From Eledone cirrhosa (Eukaryota), in NCBI GenBank assembly GCA_964016885.1, contig OZ024740.1, positions 292,268,001 to 292,332,000 of the forward strand: 64,000 nucleotides of DNA, read 5' to 3'. Positions 39,790 through 52,300 of the stretch are shown one piece after another; positions within the stretch are counted from its first letter, which is position 1, and each line of letters opens with the position of its first letter. A model generated the notes under the pieces. That model worked only from the letters and a program-made list of their open reading frames with translations. It was not told the origin of the DNA and ran no database searches. A program made the position numbers and the translations under genes.

Positions 39790-40872
39790 GCGCGAAGGCT
39801 GGTCCGAAGTGCGCATGCGCGAAAGCTGGTCTGTACTGAGCAACACAAAGGCTGGTTTGAAATGCGCATGCGCAAAGTCTGGTCAGAAATGTGCTGGTCC
39901 GAAGTGCGCATGTGCGAAGTATAGTCCGAAGTGCGCATACGTGAAGGCTGGTCTGAAGTGCGCATGTGTGAAAGCTGGTCAGTACTGTGCATGCGCGAAG
40001 GCTGGTCCGCAGTGCGCGAAAGCTGGTCCGTACTGCGCGAAGGCTGGTCTGTACTGCGCATGCGCAAAGGCTGGTCCGATGTGCGAAGTATTGTCCAAAG
40101 TGCTCATGCGCAAAGGTTGGTCAGTACTGCGCATGTGTGAAGGCTGGTACGAAGTGCGCATGCGCAAAGTATGGTCTAGAGTGCGCAAAGTCTGGTCTGA
40201 AGTGCACATGTGCGATGTTGGTCCATACTGAGCAACGCGAAGGCTGGTCCGTACTGTGCATGCGTGAAGGCTGGTCCGAGTTGTGCATGCGCGAAATCTG
40301 GTCCGAAGTGCGCAGTGCGGAAGCTGGTCCGTACTGCGCTTGCGTGAAGGCTGGTCGGAAGTGCGCATACGTGAAGGCTGGTCCGTACAGTGCATGCACG
40401 AAGTATGGTCCGAATTGCAAAGGCTTGTCTGTACTGCGCATGCGCGAAGGCTGGTCCGTACTGCGCATGCGCGAAGGCTGGTCTGTACTGCGCATGTGCG
40501 AAGGCTGGTCTGAAGTGTGCATACCCGAAAGCTGGTCCGTAATGTGCATGCACAAAGTCTGGTACGAAGTGCACATGCGCAATGTCTGGTCTGAAGTATA
40601 CACAAATCTGGTCCGAAGTGCTCATGCGTGTAGGCTGGACCAAATGCACATGTGCGATGGCTGGTCCATACTGCGCATACGTGTAGGCTGAACCAAAGTG
40701 CACATGTGCGATGGCTGGTTCATACTGCGCATGTGCGAAGTCTGGTTCGAAATGCGCATGTGCGAAGTTTTGTTCCTACTGTGAATGCGCGAATGCAGGT
40801 CCGTACTGCGCTTACACGAAGGCTGGTCTGTACTGCGCATGCGCAAAGTCTGGTCCGAAGTGCGCATGCGCG
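39790..40872. repeat. GC-rich minisatellite, ~43 units of 27 bp, consensus G(T/A)A(C/G)TGCGCATGCGCGAAGGCTGGTCC
   Basis: Units counted by eye; some are shortened to 15-22 bp by loss of part of the palindrome. Confidence 0.95.
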
Positions 40873-41268
40873 ACACAAATACCACACACAAATCGTCCTC
40901 CAATGTTAGTGAAGCTATTATTAATCCTCCCCGGATGAAGTAACTTGCAAATTCTTCGTAATTCTTTAAATGCAATTATACATCTAATGGACACACTCTC
41001 TAGAATAGATATATTTGTGTGAGTGTGAGAGAGGTAGATAGACAGGTAGGTTGGCAGGTAGATAGATAGGACGATAGATCGATATGTAGATATATAGGTA
41101 GGTAGATAGGAAGATAGACGATAGTGTGGTTATCTGTATATGTGGCTGTGTGTATGTATGTGAAGATGTGGAAATAAGGAAAGGATAATTTACTACAGTA
41201 CCAATGATTCAATCCACAGGTGTATATTCTTTTTACCATTGCATAAGTACATAGACTCACTCACACAC

Positions 41269-41313
<45 letters not shown>

Positions 41314-41866
41314 GTGTGTTTATGTGTATGCATAAGTGTTTATGTGTATATATATGTATGTGTATGTGTATCTTTGCCTATGTGTGTTACTGTATCTGTG
41401 TATGTGTGCATATGTGTGTGCATTATGTCCATGTGTGTGTCTTGTGATTGTAATGTTGAGAGTTTGAATCCCATCAGTGCATTGTGTTCTTGAGCAAGAC
41501 ACTTTATTTTGCCTTTCTTCTCTCCACTGAAGTAAAAAAAAAAGTGTACTCTGCCAGTAAGTCGAAGAACCAATGTAGTCCCACCCTGAAACCCTCCGTT
41601 ATACGTGTTTATGGAATGCTCAGACACTCTCACCTTAATTTCAGGCAGTTCCATTTGAGAAACCTAGCTGGAAGAATCCTCGTCACAAGCAATAGGGTAC
41701 CATCATACATATGAACACATAGACACACACACACGTTTCAAAGAGAATAGAAGAGAGCAATAAAATAAGTACTAGATTTTAAAATATATGTACTGGAATT
41801 GGGGTCAATAAAATCCTTTAATTGTGGTACCCCAGCATGGGCACAGTCTAACGTCTGAAACAAGTG

Positions 41867-44800
41867 CAGGCCGGAGAATTGTTCTTCCTCCTTCAATCTA
41901 TGGTTCCCCTCGCTTCTACAGTGAGTGCTTTCAGAATTCGATGACTGTGGTTCGACACATGGGAAAGCCATCTTATTTCATTGCGGTAACAACTAACCCT
42001 AACTGGGATGAAATAAAAAATAGTTTGCACCCTGGTGAAGAACCTAGAGACTGTCCTGATATTTGTGCAAGAGTCTTCAAGATCAAGTATGACAGCCTCG
42101 TGGATGACATACTGAAAAAAAATGTCCTAGGAAAAGTTGTGGCTCATTCTGCTACAATAGAGTGGCAGAAAACAGGCCTCACTCATGCTCATATTCTGCT
42201 GATAATGGCTGAAGATAGCAAACCCAAAACTGCTGATGCCATTGATCAGGTAGTGTACTGTGAGATCTCTGATAAAGAGACCAATCCAATTCTGCATAAG
42301 ATCATCACATCCTGCAACATTCATGGCCCATGTGGACAAGCTAATATGATGTGCTCATGTATGGAAGGGCTAGGACAATAACGCCATTGCTCAAAAAGTT
42401 ATTCCAAGGCATTCAGACAAACCACATTTGTTGCCAAAAATTCCTTTCTGGAGTATAGAAGAAGTGATAGATAGCTTGGTGGTGACACCCATACAATCCA
42501 ACTTAAAGGTCAAGAATTTACTGTTGTTAATCGTTGGATTGTTCCATACAACCCTTTCCTCTCATTGAGATATCAGTGCCACATCAATTGTGAGGTTTCC
42601 ACAGTGTCAAGGCTGTTAAGTACTTATATAAGTACATCACAAAAGGATCAGACGAGATCACTTTCACTATTAAGGATGATCAAGGAAATTGTGTCCATGC
42701 CCAAAATGAGATTGAGACCTATATCAATGCACGGTACATCTCAGCCAGTGAAGCATTCTGGAGAATCTATAAATTTCCATTACATCATAGAAAACCGCCA
42801 GTTGAAAAGTTGCCTTGCCATTTACCTGGGGAACAAATGGTCGTGTATGAGCGAGGGCAGGAAGAAAGTATTGTTTCTAGGAGACAGCCAATGACTAAGT
42901 TGACGGAATATTTTCAACTGAACATTAGAGACCCACTGGCACAAAACATATTGTATATTGATATTCCTAAATATTTCACTTGGACAAACAAAAAGTGGCA
43001 AAAAAGAAAAAAGGTACATCTGGATGGTGATCAACAATTTATGAGTGAATCTCTTGGATGCATTCCAACAGTGTCTCTCAGTAGACATCAATCTGAATTT
43101 TATTACCTCAGGATGATCCTACATCACAAGGCTGGGTCAACTTCATACAAAGATTTGAGGACAATTGAAGGAGTTTAATTTCCAACATTCCAAGAAGCAT
43201 GCAGGAAACTTGATGAAGATGGAGAAAAAGACAAAGCTATGGAAGAGGCCTCATCCATTACGCTTGGTTCTCAGCTGCGAGAGATCTTCTGCACCATTTT
43301 ATTGTACAGCATGCCAAATGACCCTCTGCAGTTCTGGGAGAAATGGAAGAATTGTCTTGCAGAGGATATCTTGCATGAATGTCATGGGCAAGTCATGTCC
43401 ATGCAAACCGTGCAGATTGTTCTACAGAAGATCCAACAAAGACTTCAACATGATGGCTTGGACATTCATGCCAACTATGGACTTCCTCGGCCAGACCCAA
43501 CTATTGTTGCCATACCAGAAATCAACAGGGTTCTTATGACAGAAACTGATTTCAATACACACCAACTGTAAGCAAACCTAAATGAACTTCTGCCAACATT
43601 GAATCCTGAGCAACTGGTTATTTTTCACAAAGTAATCACCTCTGTAAATGAAAATGAAGGCAGAATTTTCTGCTTGAATGCAAGTGCAGGTACAGGAAAG
43701 ACCTATGTCATAAACATCCCATTGGATTACCTCCGATCTAAAAGAGAAAATTGTACTTGCCACTGCCATATTTGGAATAGCCACACAAAGGTAGAACTCT
43801 TCATTCCAAGTGCAAGATTCCTCTCAATGTGACTACTGAATCAACTTTTTCTTCATAAAGAGGGATGACACAGGTAAACTTTATGCAACAAGCTGACCTG
43901 CTAATGAGATAGATTTGGGACATAAGCATATCTTTGAATGCCTTGACAGGAGCTTCAAAGATGTTCGAGATTGCAAAAAGCCATTTGGTACTCTAACAGT
44001 ATTACTATCTGGTGACTGGAAGCAAATTCTTCCAGTTGTACATCATGGTGCTAGACCACAAATAGTTGAGGCGACCATCAGGAGATCCTATCTCTGGGAC
44101 TATGTGGAAACTATGGAGATGACAACCAATCAACAGTTAATTAATGCAGAGGATTCTGATGAAAGACAGCTTGCAAACTACCTTCTTGATGTGGGAAATG
44201 GTAACATTCCAACTGTTCCAACTGTAGGTGCATTCATAATTCTGCCAAATGAACTTTGCTGGAATATGGTAATGTGTCTGGACTGTGTGATTTTGTGTAT
44301 ACAAATCTTCCAGGAAACTACACAAACTCACCATGGCTTACAAATAGAGCCATTATCACTCCAACAAATGATGCAGCAAGATTGGTGAATAAGTTCATGG
44401 TCAACAAGTTCCCTGGTCATGAAATAATCTACAGAAGCTCTGATACAGTAGATAATGAACTGCAATATCCAATTGAGTTCATCAGCAAACTTACCCCATC
44501 AGGCTTCCCAACACACATACTTAAACTGAAGAAAGGCAGTTGCATCATGCTTCTGAGAAATCTGGATCCTCTAAATGGGCATTGCAATGGTACACGCTAC
44601 ATCATCATCAGTTTACATAATCATGTAATTGAAGCTGAAGTGGCATTGGGTCCCAATGCTGGAACAAGGTTGCTAATCCCAAGGATACCACATGTATCTC
44701 AAGAGCTTTCACCTTTACTCACAAGCAATTTCCTGTCAAACCAGCCTTTTCCCTTACATGCAACAAGGCACAAGGGCAGACATTTGAAAAGATAGGTGTA

Positions 44801-44940
44801 TATCTACCAACACAATTCTTCTCACATGGTCAGATGTATGTTGCAGCATTATCACGAGTTACAAAAAAAGAAAATATAAAAATATTAAATGAAAGGGGTC
44901 TGTTTGCTGACAACTGTGTCTACAAATAAATTCTACAGTG
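41867..44940 (+). pseudogene. Degraded Helitron Rep/PIF1-helicase coding region
   Basis: GRRIVLPPS..GSPR, TTNPNWDEI, EWQKTGLTHAHILL (HUH), KYLYKYITKGSD (catalytic Tyr motif, ~42615), SAGTGKTY (Walker A), GDWKQILPVV, RNLDPLNGHCNGTR and FSHGQMYVA. Many frameshifts and stops. Confidence 0.95.
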
Positions 44941-45372
44941 ATGTAGAATTCTACAGTCTAACCCATGCTAGCGTGGAAGATGGATGTTAAACGAAGATGA
45001 TGATGTGAAACAACTATCACTCTCTTTTAGTTGAAATGCATTTCAGTTTCTTTTTAACTGCTAGAAAAGGGACACTACAAAAACTTAAGAAGTCTATATG
45101 TAAATACAGTAAAACAACAATATAGCGAAGGTCAACTCTTCATATTGGTAAATGTAATTCATTCATACCAGCAGCATCTATTTTCAAATTCACTGCTGAA
45201 GCTTCCCATCGACATTCTCAAATGAAGATTCATGAACATTTTCCGTCAACAGTTTCATCACCTTTTTTTTAAATGTATCATGGATTACTTTACTGATTAC
45301 AGAAGTAAGTGTAACACAGTCTTTGTTCAGTTTATGTGCATATTGTCAATTTACGTATTATATCTATGTGCA

Positions 45373-45418
45373 TATACTAGCAGAAAACTGCCTGACGGGC
45401 GGTTCTTCTGCTAGTATA
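45373..45418 (+). mobile_element. Probable Helitron 3' terminus (hairpin plus CTAG|T at 45411-45415)
   Basis: TATACTAGCAGAAAACTGCC-TGACG-GGCGGTTCTTCTGCTAGTATA, ~470 bp downstream of the helicase end. Confidence 0.7.
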
Positions 45419-46352
45419 TATATTATTCAAACAGCCACCCACATTTCTTAGGTTTCTCTCCAAAGTCCCCCCTGTGGACTCCCCTTGATAATCAATGAAA
45501 AATTTGAAAATATTTGGGATCATTAAAAATTGGTACGGTAACTTTCTATTGTTCCCACCCTTTTATTTCAGTTGACTGTTTTTATTCTTCTACTTTTTTA
45601 TTACCTTGGCATTTTTACCAAAAATGCATTGTTGGGTTTCCAAATAACCAAACTTATTTATTAATTGTATTTGTATCTCATATATATATATATATATATA
45701 TTAGTTCTTGTCCCACCCTTGCAAGCAGGGAAAAGCGGACGTAAAATGATGATGATGATATATATATATGTGTGTGTGTGTGTGCACTATTCATGTTAGG
45801 TTGTTTACCAATGGATAGAACTGGTGATTTTGATTAGTAAACAATGATTCAATAAATTAAAGCACTGAACGTTATGCAAATCATCCATCATAATTGTGGT
45901 ATCCTGTGGCTAGTGCAGGAATGGAGTTAAATATTCATTAATACTTGTGCAACATTCGGGGATGGTCTGCCGTTGCTATAATACTGAACGGTAGGCCATT
46001 CCCAAATCGAATCGGTCCTCTATTTTCTATTCTCTGTTTGTGTTCACCATAACCCTGTTATCTTATGGAACTAATTCTGCAATTAACACCTGATGAAATC
46101 GCCTAAGTCTTGCATCATGATCATATGATGAACCTGGCCATCAAAATATGTATAGTGGTTTTGCAGGATTAAAATACTAAAGTAAATTTCCAGTCCGGCC
46201 TTCTGTTGTTTTTAATGTATATATATATATATATAAATATGTATATGTATATATCATCATCATCATCATCTCCGTTATATGAAAAAGAGTGTGCACAACT
46301 CTGAAAAAGGGATTTTTTTCAAAAGATATCTATGGGTTATGTTGGACTAAAG

Positions 46353-46664
46353 TCAAACTGTTACACTGTTTTGATTTTTAGTTCTGATCACATGAGAATG
46401 TTCATTGGTATCGTTATCTCTCACGGGTAAATCATCCAATGTAATGTCATGCATTAATTCTAATTTTAAGGCTTTTGATGAAGGGAACATTGTTGAATCT
46501 TTCTCCAGTACTCTATAAAAATCATCAATATCTGTTTGTAAGTCAGTCAAATAATCTTCATTATTATCATCAACAAAAGCCAAATTGGTGTTGTAGTGTT
46601 TTTCGTTGTCATTTATGATGGAAATTGATTTTCTGCTATTTACCGAAGCTTTCAGTGAAGTACT
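46353..46664 (-). CDS. Unknown single-pass membrane protein, terminal coding exon
   Basis: Acceptor tcttactatcttctag|AGT, phase 0. Open frame STSLKASVNSRKSISIINDNEKHYNTNLAFVDDNNEDYLTDL..FYRVL..NSVTV*. Confidence 0.72.
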   Translation of the reverse strand, partial: STSLKASVNSRKSISIINDNEKHYNTNLAFVDDNNEDYLTDLQTDIDDFYRVLEKDSTMFPSSKALKLELMHDITLDDLPVRDNDTNEHSHVIRTKNQNSVTV

Positions 46665-48440
46665 CTAGAAGATAGTAAGAATCAAAATTAGCAAGTGGTT
46701 TGTCAACATAAAATAGTATTGTACAGATGGATCTAATTCAATGTATTTGATTTGTACACATCTATATCTACATCTCGTCTTCTGAAAACCCTGTAACTTG
46801 AGAAAACATTTACTATTATTAGCTCCCTTGACACTAGGATTATAATAAACCCCAGGAAGCCAATCTTATCTTGCAGTGAAACCTAATGCATCAACTAATT
46901 CTGGATTGTATAGAAATAATGGTTAAACAGTTTCCTATAGCACCATGCAAATTTAGAAAAGATCTGATTCAAATATTTACAGGACACAATTGACAGTGAC
47001 CTCTTACCTCAGGCAGCCATGGAAAGTGACCTGCAGGAAGCTGAAAGTTGCTTATTAGCATCAACTATTGACCAGAAACAACACCAACTGCCCACACTAC
47101 TGGAACTGCTTGTTCTCTCAGTTAGCTTCTCTGTTCTCTCCAGCTACCTACCTGTGCTGACACAGTGTATCCGGTCCCCAGTGAATGACACAAAATGTCT
47201 CTGTAACTGAGTCAGTAACAAATTATTGAGGGGGACGTTTCTGTCACAGTGCATGGCTTTGAACAGCTTGGTGGAATAGCTGATGCAGTGAGTGTTATTG
47301 GCTGTTTTGCCATGGCAATGCTTTCACCATCTTCTCTGTAAGGTGCAGCTTAGCTACACCACCCAGTCAAGGGTTTATACTTTGTCTCATCCCTTTCACC
47401 TTTTTCACATTATCTAATCCTCCCCTTTTTCTTTCTTCCTATTTGTTAATTTAATCCTTAAAGAATACTCTCATCATTGTATGCATCTGATCACTAATAC
47501 ATTTACCAATCTATAATCAACTGTTCTCTTTCATTTTAACATTACCATTGACACCTATTGAAGAAATGTTAACCTTTTTTGTCATCACATCAAATCTGAC
47601 AACAGGTATACACATCCCCCCTTCTCAAGAAAGCTAAATGAGAAAACTATATACATATACAATTCCAACAAGCATTTAGCCATAATTAAGAGCCTTGCAG
47701 ATAGAATAGATAGAAAAATATCCAACCTATGATCTGACAGCTATATTTTCAAATGTATTGCTTTCTATTATGTACTAACAAAAAGTGTCTTTAATGAGAA
47801 AATGGTTTTTAAAGGAACTAGCAAAACCAAGAAGAATGAAAAATCTAATTTGGTTCAATCCAACCTACAACATAACAAGTTCAACCCAACCTCCACTGCA
47901 TTGATGGTTAATTTAATTCCATTGTCTTCTACTTCAGTTGTAACTAGAATTTGGTCATGTTTCTCCTTTGTAAATAACTGGAGTAAGAAGTGAGATTAGT
48001 GCAGTGGTAATTAAATTTATCCACTACCATTTTGATATCTGTCACTAGAGATTCTACCCAGCATTACATGACTGGGAAGGCATAATTCTTTGTTTCTAAA
48101 AGAGCAATTCACTTGTCAGAGCAGCTATACAAGACTGTAGTTTCGTGGCAGATAAATATAAAACTATTTGATATTTTATATTGCTGTTATTGTTATTATT
48201 AGTAGTAATGAAGGATAGTGGATTTGTAGAATCATTAGAACATTGGAACATTGCTTTGTTGTATTTGTTATAGCTTTTTACATTCTGAGGTCAAATCCTG
48301 CCATGCTCAACTTTGCTCTTCATCCTTTCAGAGTTGATAAAATACCAGTAAAGTATTGGTATCGATTTAGCATTAATCAACTTACCCCACCTCCAATTGT
48401 TGGCCTTGTACCAAAATTAAAAATCATTATTAGTAGTAAC

Positions 48441-48628
48441 GGTGGTGGATTGGCAGTATCGGTAGAGAGTCGGACGCCGTGCTTTCCAGCATAGTTACAT
48501 CCCTTTACGGTCTGAGTTCAAATCCCGCTGAGGTTAACTTTGCCTTTCATCCTTATGGGGTCGATAAAATAAAGTACCAGTAATGTACTGGGTAATTGCT
48601 GGCCTTGTGCCAAAAGTAGAAACAATTA
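48441..48628 (+). mobile_element. SINE family B copy, in tandem behind an older copy at ~48215-48435
   Basis: Matches 29989-30180. Confidence 0.85.
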
Positions 48629-48728
48629 GTAGTATTGAGAAGCCCCAGTTACTTTAGTATGTGTGTGTGAAAAAAGAAGAGAAAGTAATTAGAAAAAAAT
48701 AGGAAAAGAGGAAATTCTAATTATTTAC

Positions 48729-48828
48729 TTTTCTCTCCTCTATTTCTGAGTACCGTTTACTGCCAGGAATTTCTATTGACACCTTTTTCCTTATAGGTCT
48801 GGTTTTGAATATTTTGCAAAAAGGGAAT
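48729..48828 (-). CDS. Unknown single-pass membrane protein, internal coding exon
   Basis: tttgttacag|A ... AAA|gtaaat, 100 nt, phase 2-0. Encodes FPFCKIFKTRPIRKKVSIEIPGSKRYSEIEERK. Phases fit both neighbouring exons. Confidence 0.72.
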
Positions 48829-49219
48829 CTGTAACAAATGAATGAGAAGATATCATTAGATGCTATAAAAGAATGTGAGAATCAGACACAAATGTAAAAT
48901 TTAAAAACAAAGTATTATATATCTAAGTTGTTCAATTCCGTAACCAAAATCTTTCAAAACTAAGTTGAGAAATCAATAAAATCTGGTCAATTACAATTCC
49001 AGTTTTCATCAGAAAAAGGTTATTATTTCTTTCCCTAACATTGCAGAAGATATTCAACTTGATTTAACCCTTTTGGTAACAACTTACCTGAAACTCTCGG
49101 GACTAAATATTTATATTTAAATTCAAATCTCATAATCATATTTCAATTCAAATGACACAACATACCAAATATAGTTACAGATATTTTACTAAACATCTCC
49201 AGAAATCTTGATTAGATTG

Positions 49220-49500
49220 AAATATAATTGTATGTAAAGTCCTTCCTTGGCTCTGTAGGTTGCTGTGGTTATGTTTTCATTGAAGCGTGGTACTTTCATG
49301 AAGAAGGTATTGGAGGAGGTCTTATGCCTGTGATACCTTTGATTCCTAAGACAATTCATTGTGGATATTGGGTATCTGTTCATCTTCATAACATCTATGA
49401 GGTGAGTGATCTGGTCCTCAGTCTCGCTGCATTTACTCCAGATACGTGTAAGTTTATTTCTTATGTATCCGGTTTTAAATTAAATAGAGAGTCTATTCAT
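49220..49500 (-). mobile_element. Probable Penelope-like element fragment (post-RT region)
   Basis: KCSETEDQITHLIDVMKMNRYP...MKVPRFNENITTATYRAKEGL resembles the PLE CS..L..NGYP..LPY region. Confidence 0.4.
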
Positions 49501-50405
49501 TAGAAATACAGCTAGGAAAGGGCTAAAATTGAACAACTAATGAATAAGATAAACATTTTATTTCATTTCATTTTGTTTTTACTGTGTAGTTCAATGTTCA
49601 TGGCCTTTTTCAGGGATGGTGTGGGAACTATCCTCAAACCAGAGACTTGGCTCAAATTGGCAACAAATTAGGCTCAGCTAAAGAGACCCAAAGGTCAAAT
49701 GGAACCTAACCAGAAAGCTTGGGGGAAGTTATACCCTATTAACTCTACTCCAATATCATATTGGTAGTTATTTTATTGATCATGAAATAATTAAAAACAA
49801 AGTTCAGCTTTATGGAATTTGATATTAGAACAAAGAAATGTAATTAAACAACACTATGGGGAGATTTGTCTGTTCTGATTTTGATATCAAATGAAATGTA
49901 AACTACTTAATTAAATACATCCTACATTCTTCTCTGGCTTAGTGGTTAGAGTGTTGAGCTTTTGACTGAGGCGGAGGGGGAACATGATTTTCTTCTCTTT
50001 ATCTAGTTTCATCGTCATCATCATCATCAGCATCATTGTTTAGCATCTGCTTTCTCTGCTAACAAGGGTTGTCAACAGACCAGGTCAGTACTCAAATTGA
50101 GCTAAAGACTGCTCAGATGGACATGGGGATTGCATTTTGCTTACATATGCAACCACACTCTACCAAATGCTCAGATAGTCCAGCAGCCATCAACAATCTT
50201 ACATACAATCATATGCTCTACTGAGTGTATTTTATCATGACACCAGTACCAGGGAGCTTGTCATGTATGTGACATAGCTGAAGTATTCCAAACAAAAATT
50301 TGTAGCATATCCTGAAGTGAACATTTAATTTGTTGAATGTAGATTAAAATCAAAGTTCTTGTATAGGTACAGAAAGTGCAGAAAATACCAAATGAATTAA
50401 CTTAC

Positions 50406-50581
50406 ACTCGTTTGCCTGTTTTCCATCGCCAAAATAAATAAATAGCTACTAACAATAGAGGCATAGCCACACATAGGCTGTACACAAGTGGCACTACAAA
50501 TGACTTCGCTTCAGTATCTTTTGGAGTGGTGAATTCCACAGTTAATATGTTCAAAGTGGAAGATGTATTAGTCTCCTCCAT
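50406..50581 (-). CDS. Unknown single-pass membrane protein, transmembrane exon (putative ATG at 50581)
   Basis: acaATGG Kozak context. Encodes MEETNTSS..SFVVPLVYSLCVAMPLLLVAIYLFW-RWKTGKR, a hydrophobic span followed by a basic stop-transfer. Donor GT|gtaagt, phase 2. Confidence 0.75.
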
Positions 50582-50849
50582 TGTCACTTCTAGTTACTGT
50601 TCAATAAGTTTTTACTTCATTTAGAAATATATAATCCTCTTTATCATTTTAAATCTCTTTTTCCAACAGAGCAATTATTACTGGTTTCTACTGTAATGAA
50701 ATGAAAAAATTATTTAATTATGGAAATATATTTGGAATGCAGTAAGTAAAGTTTTAGAATTGAAATAGAAATAAAAGTATCGCTGTAACATTGACTACAT
50801 AATATAGTCTAATAATGGGGCATATAAACCCACTGAACAGAAAAAGATG

Positions 50850-52300
50850 GGTATCAGCATTCTCTGGCTGACCTGGTGGCCTGGATCTCTGGAAAGGCAC
50901 CTAAGCAATGGCATTTGGAAGTGATAATACCAATTTTCAAAAAGGAAGACAAGAGAGATTACTCCAATTAAAGAGGGATCTCCTTGTTAAGTCTCCCCGG
51001 TAAAGTCTATGCTAAGTGTCCAGCAAAGAGATGTAAGGAGATTGTCATTTCCAAATTAGTTGATGAACAGTGTGGTTTTTACCCCAGATGCAACACATCC
51101 AACCAAATATTCACACTGTGACAGGTGGTAAATCAAAGCTGTTCAATGTGGGAGTCGGACTCTGCCAAGGGTGCATACTGTCACCCCTCCTGTTCAATAT
51201 TTTCATGAACAGGATTAACATGCGCAGTCTGGTTGGAAGTGGTATCATGACTAGCAGGTATAGAATCAGTCAACTGGAATTTGCAGATGACATGGTGTTA
51301 CTTAACTCAACAGAAGGTGATCTCTGACTTGCATTTGATAGGTTTGATACTGAGGGCTGCATCACTGCAATGCATATCAGTGCTGCGAAAAGTGAGACAC
51401 TTGTCCTCTCAAGGAAGCCTATGCAGTGCACTCAACATGTGATAGGAGTTCCTCTGAAGAAGATAGAGAAGTTCAAGTATTTTGAGACCATGTTCCATGT
51501 TCATGAGTGATGGAAGGCAGGAAGATGAATTAAGTACAAGAATTGCAGGAGCTGGTGCAGTAATGTGCCAGCGTCAGCATTCAGTAATCAGAAGGGAGGT
51601 AGGCATAAAAGCCAAACTCGCTCTCTTCAATTCAGTATTCATACTAACCCTTACCTATCGTCAGGAATCTTGGATAATGACCGGAAGAATATAATTGCAA
51701 ATAAGTGACCAAAATGGGGTTTCTCAAAAGGGTCTTTGGAGTAACATACTGAATAGCTTGGAGATCAGAGTCACTCCAAGTAGAACCTCTGCTTCTCAGA
51801 ATTGAGAGATCACAGCTTCGATACAATGGACATGTAGTCAGAATGTCTCAAGAAAGAATTGCTGGACAGATTTTATGGGCAAAACTAACTAGCAGGAAAC
51901 CCTGGAGTAGACTCTGAGCAAGATGGTTGGAAAACATGCATGAGATTGGCTGGTCTTGCTTGAGGATCCAGCCAGATCAGTTGGAGATGGTTGCTTCTGA
52001 CAGGACCTACTGGAGGGAATGTTTGAGGATTCTATCTCCATGATCCTCTCAGGAATTGACAAAATGCATCCAGCCCACACTGTAAGATGGTCGTATAAGT
52101 GTCACAACAAAAATCTCCCAGCCCACACTGTAAATGTGGTTTCTGTTAGGAAGGCATCCAGCCGTAAAAACAAAGCCAAAATCATTTCCATATGAGCAAG
52201 ACATGTTCATCTGCTCTTGACTTACCTCAAATAGGACAACCTGTCTAACTCATGCTAGAGTGGAAAATGGACATTAAACGGTGATGATGATTATAATGAT
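50850..52300 (+). mobile_element. Degraded RTE-clade LINE (second family) with (ATG)n tail
   Basis: IPIFKKEDKRDYSN*RGISLLS, GLCQGCILSPLLFNIFM, LEFADD and LTY..ESWIMT. Part of it is echoed at ~52690-52970. Confidence 0.85.

Noticed and set aside
39790-40872. CRISPR-like array
   Set aside because: Units are contiguous with no unique spacers, there are no cas genes, and the context is eukaryotic.
39684-40975. Long overlapping ORFs in six frames (up to 234 aa, Cys/His-rich)
   Set aside because: These are a by-product of a 27-bp GC-rich repeat with few stop codons; there are no splice or start signals and short units break the frames.
41867-44940. Host PIF1 helicase gene or active Helitron
   Set aside because: It is intronless, fused to a Helitron Rep domain, and broken by many frameshifts and stops.
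49259-49447. Plus-strand exon candidate (ctgtag|GT..T|gtaagt) with an open frame
   Set aside because: No partner exons were found and the peptide is unrecognisable; the opposite strand fits a Penelope-like remnant better.
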